A stretch of 64,000 nucleotides of DNA. It comes from Squalus acanthias (lineage: Eukaryota). The notes below the pieces were generated by a model, which ran no database searches, was not told where the DNA came from, and was given only the letters and a program-made list of their open reading frames with translations. Of this stretch, positions 24,001 through 39,000 are shown piece after piece (positions within the stretch are counted from its first letter, which is position 1; every line of letters starts with the position of its first letter). The stretch lies in the NCBI GenBank assembly GCA_030390025.1, contig CM059438.1, positions 59,212,001 through 59,276,000 on the forward strand. The letters are read 5' to 3'. The translations under genes were made by a program, and so were the position numbers.

Positions 24001-27000
24001 CAGAGTGAGGGCACGAGCACACACACAGAGTGAGGGCAGAGCACACACAGAGTGAGGGCAGTGAGGGCAGAGCACACACACAGAGTGAGGGCAGAGCACA
24101 CACACAGAGTGAGGGCAGAGCACACACACAGAGTGAGGGCAGAGCAAACACACAGAGTGAGGGCAGAGCACACACACAGAGTGAGGGCAGAGCACACACA
24201 CAGAGTGAGGGCAGAGCACACACACAGAGTGAGGGCAGAGCACACACACAGAGTGAGGGCAGAGCACACACACAGAGTGAGGTCAGAGCACACACACAGA
24301 GTGAGGGCAGAGCACACACACAGAGTGAGGGCAGAGCACACACACAGAGTGAGGGCAGAGCACACACACAGAGTGAGGGCAGAGCACACACACAGAGTGA
24401 GGGCAGAGCACACACCCAGAGTGAGGGCAGAGCACAACACAGAGTGAGGGCAGAGCACACACACAGAGTGAGGGCAGAGCACACACACAGAGTGAGGGCA
24501 GAGCACACACACAGAGTGAGGGCAGAGCACACACACAGAGTGAGGGCAGAGCACACACACAGAGTGAGGGCAGAGCACACACACAGAGTGAGGGCAGAGC
24601 ACACACACAGAGTGAGGGCAGAGCACACACACAGAGTGAGGGCAGAGCACACACACAGAGTGAGGGCAGAGCACACACACAGAGTGAGGGCAGAGCACAC
24701 CAGGGGAGCACCACAGAGTGAGGGCAGAGCACACACCAGAGTGAGGGCGAGCACACACACAGAGTGAGGGCAGAGCACACACACAGAGTGAGGGCAGAGC
24801 ACACACATCAGAGTGAGGGCAGAGACACACACAGAGTGAGGGCAGAGCACACGAGCACAGAGTGAGGGCAGAGCACACACACAGAGTGAGGGCAGAGCAC
24901 ACACACAGAGTGAGGGCAGAACAACAGAGTGGGGGGACACACAGAGTGAGGGCAGAGCACACACACAGAGTGAGGGCAGAGCACACACACAGAGTGAGGG
25001 CAGAGCACACACAGAGTGAGGGCAGAGCACACACACAGAGTGAGGGCAGAGCAAACACACAGAGTGAGGGCAGAGCACACACAGAGTGAGGGCAGGCACA
25101 CACACAGAGTGAGGGCAGGAGCAAACACACAGAGTGAGGGCAGAGCACACACACAGAGTGAGGGCAGAGCACACACACAGAGTGAGGGCAAAGCACACAC
25201 ACAGAGTGAGGGCAGAGCAAACACACAGAGTGAGGGCAGAGCAGCACACACAGAGTGAGGGCAAGCACACACACAGAGTGAGGGCAGAGCACACACACAG
25301 AGTGAGGGCAGAGCACACACACAGAGTGAGGGCAGAGCACACACACAGAGTGAGGGCAGAGCACACACACAGAGTGAGGGCAGAGCACACACACAGAGTG
25401 AGGGCAGAGCACACACACAGAGTGAGGGCAGAGCACACACACAGAGTGAGGGCAGAGCACACACACAGAGTGAGGGCAGAGCACACACACAGAGTGAGGG
25501 CAGAGCACACACACAGAGTGAGGGCAGAGCAACACACAGAGTGAGGGCAGAGCACACACACAGAGTGAGGGCAGAGCACACACACAGAGTGAGGGCAGAG
25601 CACACACACAGAGTGAGGGCAGAGCACACACACAGAGTGAGGGCAGAGCACACACACAGAGTGAGGGCAGAGCACACACACAGAGTGAGGGCAGAGCACA
25701 CACACAGAGTGAGGGCAGAGCACACACACAGAGTGAGGGCAGAGCACACACACAGAGTGAGGGCAGAGCACACACACAGAGTGAGGGCAGAGCACACACA
25801 CAGAGTGAGGGCAGAGCACACACACAGAGTGAGGGCAGAGCACACACACAGAGTGAGGGCAGAGCAACACACACAGAGTGAGGGCAGAGCACACACACAG
25901 AGTGAGGGCAGAGCACACACACAGAGTGAGGGCAGAGCACACACAGAGTGAGGGCAGAGCACACACACAGAGTGAGGGCAGAGCACACACACAGAGTGAG
26001 GGCAGAGCACACACACAGAGTGAGGGCAGAGCACACACACAGAGTGAGGGCAGAGCACACACACAGAGTGAGGGCAGAGCACACACACAGAGTGAGGGCA
26101 GAGCACACACACAGAGTGAGGGCAGAGCACACACACAGAGTGAGGGCAGAGCACACACACAGAGTGAGGGCAGAGCCAGGAGAAGGGCAGAGCACACACA
26201 GAGTGAGGGCAGAGCACACACACAGAGTGAGGGCAGAGCACACACACAGAGTGAGGGCAGAGCACACACACAGAGTGAGGGCAGAGCAAACACACAGAGT
26301 GAGGCAGAGCACACACACAGAGTGAGGGCAGAGCACACACACAGAGGTGAGGGCAGAGCACACACACAGAGTGAGGGCAGAGCACACACACAGAGTGAGG
26401 GCAGAGCACACACACAGAGTGAGGGCAGAGCACACACACAGAGTGAGGGCAGAGCACACACACAGAGTGAGGGCAGAGCACACACACAGAGTGAGGGCAG
26501 AGCAAACACACAGAGTGAGGGCAAAACACACACACAGAGTGAGGGCAGAGCAACACACAGAGTGAGGGCAGAACACACACACAGAGTGAGGGCAGAGCAC
26601 ACACACAGAGTGAGGGCAGAGCAAACACACAGAGTGAGGGCAAACACACACACAGAGTGAGGGCAGAGCACACACACAGAGTGAGGGCAGAGCACACACA
26701 CAGAGTGAGGGCAGAGCAAACACACAGAGTGAGGGCAGAGCACACACACAGAGTGAGGGCAGAACACACACACAGAGTGAGGGCAGAGCACACACACAGA
26801 GTGAGGCAGAGCAAACACACAGAGTGAGGGCAGAGCACACACACAGAGTGAGGGCAGAACACACACACAGAGTGAGGGCAGAGCACACACACAGAGTGAG
26901 GGCAGAGCAAACACACAGAGTGAGGCAGAGCACACACACAGAGTGAGGGCAAACACACACACAGAGTGAGGGCAGAGCACACACACAGAGTGAGGGCAGA

Positions 27001-30000
27001 GCACACACACAGAGTGAGGGCAGAGCACACACACAGAGTGAGGGCAGAGCACACACACAGAGTGAGGGCAGAGCACACACACAGAGTGAGGGCAGAGCAC
27101 ACACACAGAGTGAGGGCAGAGCACACACAGAGTGAGGGCAGAGCACACACACAGAGTGAGGGCAGAGCACACACACAGAGTGAGGGCAGAGCACACACAC
27201 AGAGTGAGGGCAGAGCACACACAGAGTGAGGGCAGAGCACACACACAGAGTGAGGGCAGAGCAAACACACAGAGTGAGGGCAGAGCACACACACAGAGTG
27301 AGGGCAGAGCACACACACAGAGTGAGGGCAGAGCACACACACAGAGTGAGGGCAGAGCACACACACAGAGTGAGGGCAGAGCACACACACAGAGTGAGGG
27401 CAGAGCACACACACAGAGTGAGGGCAGAGCACACACACAGAGTGAGGGCAGAGCACACACACAGAGTGAGGGCAGAGCACACACACAGAGTGAGGGCAGA
27501 GCACACACACAGAGTGAGGGCAGAGCACACACACAGAGTGAGGGCAGAGCACACACACAGAGTGAGGGCAGAGCACACACACAGAGTGAGGGCAGAGCAC
27601 ACACACAGAGTGAGGGCAGAGCACACACACAGAGTGAGGGCAGAGCACACACACAGAGTGAGGGCAGAGCACACACACAGAGTGAGGGCAGAGCACACAC
27701 ACAGAGTGAGGGCAGAGCACACACACAGAGTGAGGGCAGAGCACACACACAGAGTGAGGGCAGAGCACACACACAGAGTGAGGGCAGAGCAGACACACAG
27801 AGTGAGGGCAGAGCACACACACAGAGTGAGGGCAGAGCAAACACACAGAGTGAGGGCAGAGCACACACACAGAGTGAGGGCAGAGCAAACACACAGAGTG
27901 AGGGCAGAGCACACACACAGAGTGAGGGCAGCAACACACAGAGTGAGGGCAGAGCAAACACAGAGTGAGGGCAGAGCACACACACAGAGTGAGGGCAGAG
28001 CACACACACAGAGTGAGGGCAGAGCACACACACAGAGTGAGGGCAGAGCACACACACAGAGTGAGGGCAGAGCACACACACAGAGTGAGGGCAGAGCACA
28101 CACACAGAGTGAGGGCAGAGCACACACAGAGGTGAGGCAGAGCACACACACAGAGTGAGGGCAGAGCAAACACACAGAGTGCAGAGCAAACACACAGAGT
28201 GAGGGCAGAGCACACACACAGAGTGAGGGCAGAGCACACACACAGTAGTGAGGGCAGAGCACACACACAGAGTGAGGGCAGAGCACACACACAGAGTGAG
28301 GGCAGAGCACACACACAGAGTGAGGGCAGAGCAAACACAGAGTGAGGGCAGAGCACACACACAGAGTGAGGGCAGAGCAAACACACAGAGTGAGGGCAGA
28401 GCACACACACAGAGTGAGGGCAGAGCACACACACAGAGTGAGGGCAGAGCAAACACAGAGTGAGGGCAGAGCACACACACAGAGTGAGGGCAGAGCACAC
28501 ACACAGAGTGAGGGCAGAGCACACACACAGAGTGAGGCAGAGCACACACACAGAGTGAGGGCAGAGGCACACACACAGAGTGAGGGCAGAGCAAACACAC
28601 AGAGTTGAGGGCAGAGCACACACACAGAGTGAGGGCAGAGCACACACACAGAGTGAGGGCAGAGCACAACACAGAGTGAGGGCAGGATCACACACCCAGA
28701 GTGAGGGCAGAGCACACACACCAGAGTGAGGGCAGAGCACACACACAGAGTGAGGGCAGAAGCACACACACAGAGTGAGGGCAGAGCACACACACAGAGT
28801 GAGGGCAGAGCACACACAACCGAGTGAGGGCAGAGGATACACACAGAGTGAGGGCAGAGCACACACACAGAGTGAGGGCAGAGGATACACACAGAGTGAG
28901 GGCATGAGCACACACACAGAGTGAGGGCAGAGCACACACCACAGAGTGAGGGCAGAGCACACACACAGAGTAGGGCAGAGCACACACACAGAGTGAGGGC
29001 AGAGCACACACACAGAGTGAGCGCAGAGCACACACACAGAGTGAGGGGCAGAGCACACACAGAGTGAGGGCAGAGCACACACACAGAGTGAGGGCAGAGC
29101 ACACACACAGAGTGAGGGCAGAGCACACACACAGAGTGAGGGCAGAGCACACACACAGAGTGAGGGCAGAGCAACACACACAGAGTGAGGGCAGAGCACA
29201 CACACAGAGTGAGGGCAGAGCACACACACAGAGTGAGGGCAGAGCACACACACAGAGTGAGGGCAGAGCAAACACACTGATGAGGGCAGAGCACACACAC
29301 AGAGTGAGGCAGAGCACACACCACAGAGTGAGGGCAGAGCACACACACAGAGTGCAGGGCAGACACACACACAGAGTGAGGGAAGAGAACACACACAGAG
29401 TGAGGGCAGAGCACACACACAGAGTGAGGGGCAGAGCACACACAGAGTGAGGGCTAGAACACGACACTACAGAGTGAGGGCAGAGCACACACAGAGTGAG
29501 GGCAAACACACACACAGAGTGTGGGCAGAGCACACACACAGAGTGAGGGCAGAGCACACAAAAAGAGTGAGGGCAGAGCACACACACAGAGTGAGGGCAG
29601 GAGCACAGAACACAGAGTGAGGGCAGAGCAGAGACACCGAGTGAGGGCAGACAAGAGACACAGAGTGAGGGCAGAGCAGAGACACAGAGTGAGGGCAGAG
29701 CAGAGACACAGAGTGAGGGCAGAGAAGAGACACAGAGTGAGGGCAGAGCTGAGACACAGAGTGAGGGCAGAGCACACACACCGAGTGAGGCACAGCACAC
29801 ACACAGAGTGAGGGCAGAGCAAATACAGAGTGAGCGCAGAGCACACACACAGAGTGAGGGCAGAGCACACACACAGAGTGAGCGCAGAGCACACACACAG
29901 AGTGAGGGCAGAGCAAACACCAGAGTGACGCAGAGCACACACACAGAGTGAGGGCAGAGCACACACACAGAGTGATGGGCAGAGCAAACACACAGAGTGA

Positions 30001-33000
30001 GGGCAGAGCACACACACAGAGTGAGGGCAGAGACACATCATCCACAGAGTGAGGGCAGAGCACAAACACAGAGTGAGGGCAGAGCACACACACAGAGTGA
30101 GGGCAGAGCACACACACAGAGTGAGGGCAGAGCACACACACAGAGTGAGGGCAGAGCACACACACAGAGTGAGGGCAGAGCACACACACAGAGTGAGGGC
30201 AGAGCACACACACAGAGTGAGGGCAGAGCAAACACACAGAGTGAGGGGCAGAGCAAACACACAGAGAGAGGGCAGAGCACACACCACAGAGTGAGGCAGA
30301 GCACACACACAGAGTGAGGGCAGAGCACACACACCAGAGTGAGGGCAGAGCACACACACAGATGTGAGGGCAGAGCAACACACAGAGTGAGGCAGAGCAA
30401 CACACAGAGTGAGGCAGAGCACACACCAGAGTGAGGGCAGAGCACACACCACAGAGTGAGGGCAGAGCAACACACAGAGTGAGGGCAGAGCAAACACACA
30501 GAGTGAGGGCAGAGCTCACACATGCACACAGCACTCAGAGTGAGGCAAGAGCACACACACAGAGTGAGGGCAGAGCACACACACAGAGTGAGGGCAGAGC
30601 ACACACACAGAGTGAGGGAGAGCACACACACAGAGTGAGGGCAGAGCACACACACAGAGTGAGGGCAGAGCACACACAGAGTGAGGGCAGAGCACACACA
30701 CAGAGTGAGGGCAGAGCACACAAGAGTGAGGGCAGAGCACACACACAGAGTGAGGGCAGAGCACACACAGAGTGAGGGCAGAGCACACACACAGAGTGAG
30801 GGCAGAGCACACACACAGAGTGAGGGCAGAGCACACACAGAGTGAGGGCAGAGCACACACACAGAGTGAGGGCAGAGCACACACACAGAGTGAGGCAGAG
30901 CACACACACAGAGTGAGGGCAGAGCACACACACAGAGTAGGGCAGAGCACCCAGAGTGAGGGCAGAGCACACACACAGAGTGAGGGCAGAACACACACAC
31001 AGAGTGAGGGCAGAGCACACACACAGAGTGAGGGCAGAGCACACACACAGAGTGAGGGCAGAGCACACACACAGAGTGAGGGCAGAGCACACACACAGAG
31101 TGAGGGCAGAGCACACACCAGAGTGAGGCAGAGCACACACACAGAGTGAGGGCAAGAGCACACACACAGAGTGAGGGCAGAGCACACACACAGAGTGAGG
31201 GGCAGAGCACACACACAGAGTGAGGGCAGCGCACACACCCAGAGTGAGGGCAGAGCACACACAGAGTGAGGGCAGAGCACACACACAGAGTGAGGGCAGA
31301 GCACACACACAGAGTGAGGGCAGAGCAACACACAGAGTGAGGGCAGAGCAAACACACAGAGTGAGGGCAGAGCACACACACAGAGTGAGGGCACAGCAAA
31401 CACACAGAGTGAGGGCAGAGCAAACACACAGAGTGAGGGCAGAGCACACACACAGAGTGAGGGCAGAGCACACACACAGAGTGAGGGCAGAGCACACACA
31501 CAGAGTGAGGGCAGAGCACACACACAGAGTGAGGGCAGAGCAACACACAGAGTGAGGGCAGAGCACACACACAGAGTGAGGGCACGAGCACACACACAGA
31601 GTGAGGGCAGAGCACACACCACAGAGTGAGGGCAGAGCACACACACAGAGTGAGGGCAGAGCAAACACACAGAGTGAGGGCAGAACACACACACAGAGTG
31701 AGGGCAGAGCACACACACAGAGTGAGGGCAGAGCAAACACACAGAGTGAGGGCAGAGCACACACACAGAGTGAGGGCAGAGCACACACACAGAGTGAGGG
31801 CAGAGCAAACACACAGAGTGAGGGCAGAGCACACACACAGAGTGAGGGCAGAACACACACACAGAGAGGGCAGAGCACACACACAGAGTGAGGGCAGAGC
31901 ACACACACAGAGTGAGGGCAGAGCACACACACAGAGTGAGGGCAGAGCACACACACAGAGTGAGGGCAGAGCACACACACAGAGTGAGGGCAGAGCACAC
32001 ACACAGAGTGAGGGCAGAGCACACACACAGAGTGAGGGCAGAGCACACACACAGAGTGAGGGCAGAGCACACACACAGAGTGAGGGCAGAGCACACACAC
32101 AGAGTGAGGGCAGAGCACACACACAGAGTGAGGGCAGAGCACACTCACACAGAGTGAGGGCAAGCCACACACAGAGTGAGGGCAGAGCACAGACACAGAG
32201 TGAGGGCAGAGCACACACACAGAGTGAGGGGCAGAGCAAACCACAGAGTGAGGGCAGAGCACACACACAGAGTGAGGGCAGAGCACACACACAGAGTGAG
32301 GGCAGAGCACCCAGAGTGAGGGCAGAGCACACACACAGAGTGAGGGCAGAGAACACACACAGAGTGAGGGCAGAGCACACACACAGAGTGAGGGCAGAGC
32401 ACACACACAGAGTGAGGGCAGAGCACACACACAGAGTGAGGGCAGAAGCACACACACAGAGTGAGGAGAGCACACACCAGACAAGCACACACAGAGTGAG
32501 GGCAGAGCAACACACACAGAGTGAGGGCAGAGCACACACACAGAGTGAGGGCAGAGCAAACACACAGAGTGAGGGCAGAGCAAACACACAGAGTGAGGGC
32601 AGAGCACACACACAGAGTGAGGGCAGAGCAAACACAGAGTGAGGGCAGAGCAAACACACAGAGTGAGGGCAGAGCAAACACAGAGTGAGGGCAGAGCACA
32701 CACACAGAGTGAGGGCAGAGCACAACACACAGAGTGAGGGCAGCACACACACAGAGTGAGGGCAGAGCAAACACACAGAGTGAGGGCAGAGCACACACAC
32801 AGAGTGAGGGCAGAGCACACACACAGAGTGAGGGCAGAGCACAACACAGAGTGAGGGCAGAGCACACACACAGAGTGAGGGCAGAGCACACACACAGAGT
32901 GAGGGCAGAGCAGCACACACAGAGTGAGGGCAGAGCCAACACACAGAGTGAGGGCAGAGCACACACACAGAGTGAGGGCAGAGCACACACACAGAGTGAG

Positions 33001-36000
33001 GGCAGAGCACACACCACAGAGTGAGGGCAGAGCACACACACAGAGTGAGGGCAGAGCACACACACAGAGTGAGGGCAGAGCACACACACAGAGTGAGGGC
33101 AGAAGCACACACACAGAGTGAGGGCAGAAGCACACACACAGATGAGGGCAGTGCACACACACAGAGTGAGGGCAAGCACACACAGAGTGAGGGCAGAGCA
33201 CACACACAGAGTGAGGGCAGAGCACACACACAGAGTGAGGGCAGAGCACACACACAGAGTGAGGGCAGAGCAACACACAGAGTGAGGGCAGAGCACACAC
33301 ACAGAGTGAGGGCAGAGCAACACACAGAGTGAGGGCAGAGCACACACACAGAGTGAGGGCAGAGCACACACACAGAGTGAGGGCAGGCACACACACAGAG
33401 TGAGGGCAGAGCACACACACAGAGTGAGGGCAGAGCACACACAGAGAGTGAGGGCAAAGCACAAACAGAGTGATGGCAGAGCACACACACAGAGTGAGGG
33501 CAGAGCACACACACAGAGTGAGGGCAGAGCACCAGAGGCAGCACACAGCAGTGAGGGCAGAGCACACACACAGAGTGAGGGCAGAACACACACACAGAGT
33601 GAGGGCAGAGCAAACACACAGAGTGAGGGCAAAGCACACACACAGAGTGAGGGCAGAACACACACACAGAGTGAGGGCAGAGCACACACACAGAGTGAGG
33701 GCAGAGCACACACACAGAGTGAGGGCAGAGCAAACACACAGAGTGAGGGCAGAGCACACACACAGAGTGAGGGCAGAGCACACACACAGAGTGAGGGCAG
33801 AACACACACACAGAGTGAGGGCAGAGCACACACACAGAGTGAGGGCAGAGCACACACACAGAGTGAGGGCAGAGCACACACACAGAGTGAGGGCAGAGCA
33901 AACACACAGAGTGAGGGCAGAGCACACACACAGAGTGAGGGCAGAGCACACACACAGAGTGAGGGCAGAGCACACACACAGAGTGAGGGCAGAGCACACA
34001 CACAGAGTGAGGGCAGAGCACACACACAGAGTGAGGGCAGAGCACACACACAGAGTGAGGGCAGAGCACACACACAGAGTGAGGGCAAAGCACACACACA
34101 GAGTGAGGGCAGAGCACACACACAGAGTGAGGGCAGAGCACACACACAGAGTGAGGGCAGAGCACACACACAGAGTGAGGCAGAGCACACACACAGAGTG
34201 AGGCAGAGCACACACACAGAGTGAGGGCAGAGCACACACACAGAGTGAGGGCAGAGCACACACACAGAGTGAGGGCAGAGCAAACACCCAGAGTGAGGGA
34301 GAGCACACACCACAGAGTGAGGGCACGCAAACACACAGAGTGTGTGGGCAGAAACACACACACAGAAGTGAGGGCAGAAGCAAACACACAGAGTGAGGGC
34401 AGAGCACACACACAGAGTGAGGGCAGAGCAAACACACAGAGTGAGGGCAGAGCACACACACAGAGTGAGGGCAGAGCACACACACAGAGTGAGGGCAGAG
34501 CAAACACACAGAGTGAGGGCAGAGCACACACACAGAGTGAGGGCAGAGCACACACACAGAGTGAGGGCAGAGCAACACACAGAGTGAGGGCAGAGCAAAC
34601 ACACAGAGTGAGGGCAGAGCAAACACACAGAGGTGAGGGCAGAGCACACACACAGAGTGAGGGCAGAACACACACACAAGAGTGGAGGGCAGAGCACACA
34701 CACAGAGTGAGGGCAGAGCAAACACACAGAGTGAGGGCAGAGCACACACACAGAGTGAGGGCAGAGCACACACACAGAGTGAGGGCAGAGCAAACACACA
34801 GAGTGAGGGCAGAGCACACACACAGAGTGAGGGCAGAGCACACACACAGAGTGAGGGCAGAGCACACACACAGAGTGAGGGCAGAACACACACACAGAGT
34901 GAGGGCAGAGCACACACACAGAGTGAGGGCAGAGCACACACACAGAGTGAGGGCAGAGCACACACAGAGTGAGGGCAAAACACACACACAGAGTGAGGGC
35001 AGAGCACACACACAGAGTGAGGGCAGCCACACACACCAGACACAGAGTGAGGGCAGAGCACACACACAGAGTGAGGGCAGAAGCACACACACAGAGTGAG
35101 GGCAGAGCACACACACAGAGTGAGGGCAGAGCACACACACAGAGTGAGGGCAGAGCACACACACAGAGTGAGGGCAGAGCACCACACAGAGTGAGGGCAG
35201 ATCACACACACAGAGTGAGGGCAGAGCACACACACAGAGTGAGGGCAGAGCACACACAGAGTGAGGGCAGAGCACACACACAGAGTGAGGGCAGAGCACA
35301 CACACAGAGTGAGGGCAGAGCACACACACAGAGTGAGGGCAGAGCACACACACAGAGTGAGGGCAGAGCACACACACAGAGTGAGGGCAAGAGCACACAC
35401 ACAGAGTGAGGGCAGAGCACACACACAGAGTGAGGGCAAGAGCACACACACAGAGTGAGGGCAGAGCACACACACAGAGTGAGGGCAGAACACACACAGA
35501 GTGAGGGCAAGAGCAACACACACAGAGTGAGGGCAGAGCACACACACAGAGTGAGGGCAGAGCACACACACAGAGTGAGGGCAGAGCACACACACAGAGT
35601 GAGGGCAGAGCACACACACAGAGTGAGGGCAAAGCACACACACAGAGTGAGGGCAAGAGCACAACAGAGTGAGGGCAGAGCACACACACAGAGTGAGGGC
35701 GAGAGCACACACACAGAGTGAGGGCAGAACACACACCAGAGTGAGGGCAGAGCAAACACACAGAGTGAGGGCAGAGCACACACACAGAGTGAGGGCAGAG
35801 CACACACACAGTGTGAGGGCAAAACACTCACACAGAGTGAGGGCAGAGCACACACACAGAGTGAGGGCAGAGCACACACACAGAGTGAGGGCAGAGCACA
35901 CACACAGAGTGTGGGCAGAGCAGCACACAGCAGTGAGGGCAGAGCACACACACAGAGTGAGGGCAGAGCACACACACAGAGTGAGGGCAGAGCACACACA

Positions 36001-39000
36001 CAGAGTGAGGGCAGAGCACACACACAGAGTGAGGCAGAGCACACACACAGAGTGAGGGCAGAGCACACACACAGAGTGAGGGCAGAGCACACACACAGAG
36101 TGAGGGCAGAGCACACACACAGAGTGAGGGCAGAGCACACACAGAGTGAGGGCAGAGCAACACACAGAGTGAGGGCAGAGCACACCCAGAGGCAAGCACA
36201 CACAGAGTGAGGCAGAGCACACACCAGAGTGAGGGAAGGCACACACACAGAGTGAGGGCAGAGCAACACACAGAGTGAGGCAGAGCACACACACAGAGTC
36301 GAGGGCCAGAGCACACACACAGAGTGAGGGCAGAGCACACACACAGAGTGAGGGCAGAGCACACACACAGAGTGAGGGCAGAACACACACACAGAGTGAG
36401 GGCAGAGCACACACACAGAGTGAGGGCAGAGCACACACACAGAGTGAGGGCAGAGCGCACACACAGAGTGAGGGCAGAGCACACACACAGAGTGAGGGCA
36501 GAGCACACACACAGAGTGAGGGCAGAGCACACACACAGAGGTGAGGGACAGAGCACACACAGAGTGAGGGCAGAGCACACACAGAGTGAGGGCAGAGCAC
36601 ACACACAGAGTGAGGCAGAGCACACACACAGAGTGAGGGCAGAGCACACACACAGAGTGAGGGCAAGCACACACACAGAGTGAGGGCAGAGCACACACAC
36701 AGAGTGAGGAAAGAAACACAGAGTGAGGGCAGAGCACACACACAGAGTGAGGGCAGAGCACACACACAGAGTGAGGGCAGAGCACACACACAGAGTGAGG
36801 GCAGAGCACACACACAGAGTGAGGGCAGAGCACACACACAGAGTGAGGGCAGAGCACACACACAGAGTGAGGGCAGAGCACACACACAGAGTGAGGGCAA
36901 AACACACACACAGAGTGAGGGCAGAGCACACACACAGAGTGAGGGCAAAACACACACACAGAGTGAGGGCAGAGCACACACACAGAGTGAGGGCAGAACA
37001 CACACACAGAGTGAGGGCAGAGCACACACACAGAGTGAGGGCAGAGCACACACACAGAGTGAGGGCAGAGCACACACAGAGTGAGGGCAGAGCACACACA
37101 CAGAGTGAGGGCAGAGCAAACACACAGAGTGAGGGCAGAGCACACACACAGAGTGAGGGCAGAGCAAACACACAGAGTGAGGGCAGAGCACACACACAGA
37201 GTGAGGGCAAAGCACACACACAGAGTGAGGGCAGAGCACACACACAGAGTGAGGGCAGAGCAAACACACAGAGTGAGGGCAGAGCAAACACACAGAGTGA
37301 GGGCAGAGCAACACACAGAGTGAGGGCAGAGCACACACACAGAGTGAGGGCAGAACAAACACAGAGTGAGGGCAGAGCACACACACAGAGTGAGGGCAGA
37401 GCACACACACAGAGTGAGGGCAGAGCACACACACAGAGTGAGGGCAGAGCAAACACACAGAGGAGGGCAGAAACACACACAGAGTGAGGGCAGAGCACAC
37501 ACACAGAGTGAGGGCAGAGCACACACACAGAGTGAGGCAGAGCACACACACAGAGTGAGGGCGAGCACACACACAGAGTGAGGGGCACAGCACACACACA
37601 CAGAGTGAGGGCCAGAGCACACACCACAGAGTGAGGGCAGAGCACACACACAGAGTGAGGGCAAAGCACACACACAGGTGAGGGCAGAGCACACACCCAG
37701 AGTGAGGCAGAGCACACACACAGAGTGAGGGCAGAGCACACACACAGAGTGAGGGCAGAGCAAACACACAGAGTGAGGCGAGCACACACACAGAGTGAGG
37801 GCAGAGCACACACACAGAGTGAGGGCAGAGACACACACACAGAGTGAGGCCGAGCAACACACACAGAGTGAGGGCAGAGCACACCCACAGAGTGAGGGCA
37901 GAGCACACACACAGAGTGAGGGCAGAGCACACACACAGAGTGAGGGCAGAGCACACACACAGAGTGAGGCAGAGCACAACACAGGAGCAGCACACACAGA
38001 GTGAGGGCAGAGCACACACACAGAGTGAGGGCAGAGCACACACACAGAGTGAGGGCAGAGCACAACACACAGAGTGAGGGCAGAGCACACACACAGATGA
38101 GGCAGACACACACACAGAGTGAGGGCAAGCACACACACAGAGGAGGGCAGAGCAACACACACAGAGTGAGGGCAGAGCAACACCACAGAGTGAGGGCAGA
38201 GCAACACACAGAGTGAGGCAGAGCACACACACAGAACCGCGGGAGGCAGAGCACACACACAGAGTGAGGGCAGAGCACACACAGAGTGAGGGCAGAGCAC
38301 ACACACAGGGAGTGAGGGCAGATGCACACACAACAGAGGTGAGGGCAGAGCACACACACAGAGTGAGGGAAGAGCACACACACAGAGTGAGGGCAGAGCA
38401 CACACACAGAGTAAGGGCAGAAGCACACACACAGAGTGAGGGCAGAGCACACAACACAGAGTGAGGGCAGAGACACACACACAGAGAGAGGGCAAAAACA
38501 CACACAGAGTGAGGGCAGAGCACACACACGAGTGAGGGCAGACACACACACAGAGTGAGGGTCAAGCACACACACAGAGTGAGGGGCAGAGAACACAACA
38601 GGGGCAGAGCACAAGAGTGAGGGCAGAGCCACACAGAGGAGCAAAACACACAGAGATAGGGCAGAAACACACACACACAGAGTGAGAGGCTAAAAGCACA
38701 AACAGAGTGAGGGCAGAGACACACACAGAGTGAGTGGCAGAGCACACACACAGAGTGAGGGCAAAGCACACACACAGAGTGAGGGGCAGAGCACCACACA
38801 CAGTCTGAGGGCAGAGCACACTCACAGAGTGAGGGCCAGAGCACACACACAGAGTGAGGGCAGAGCACACACACAGAGTGAGGGCTGAACACAACACAGA
38901 GTGAGGGCAGAGCAAACACACAGAGTGAGGGCAGAACACACACACAGAGTAGGGGTCAAGACACACAAAGAGTGAGGGCAAAGGCACACACACAGAGCTG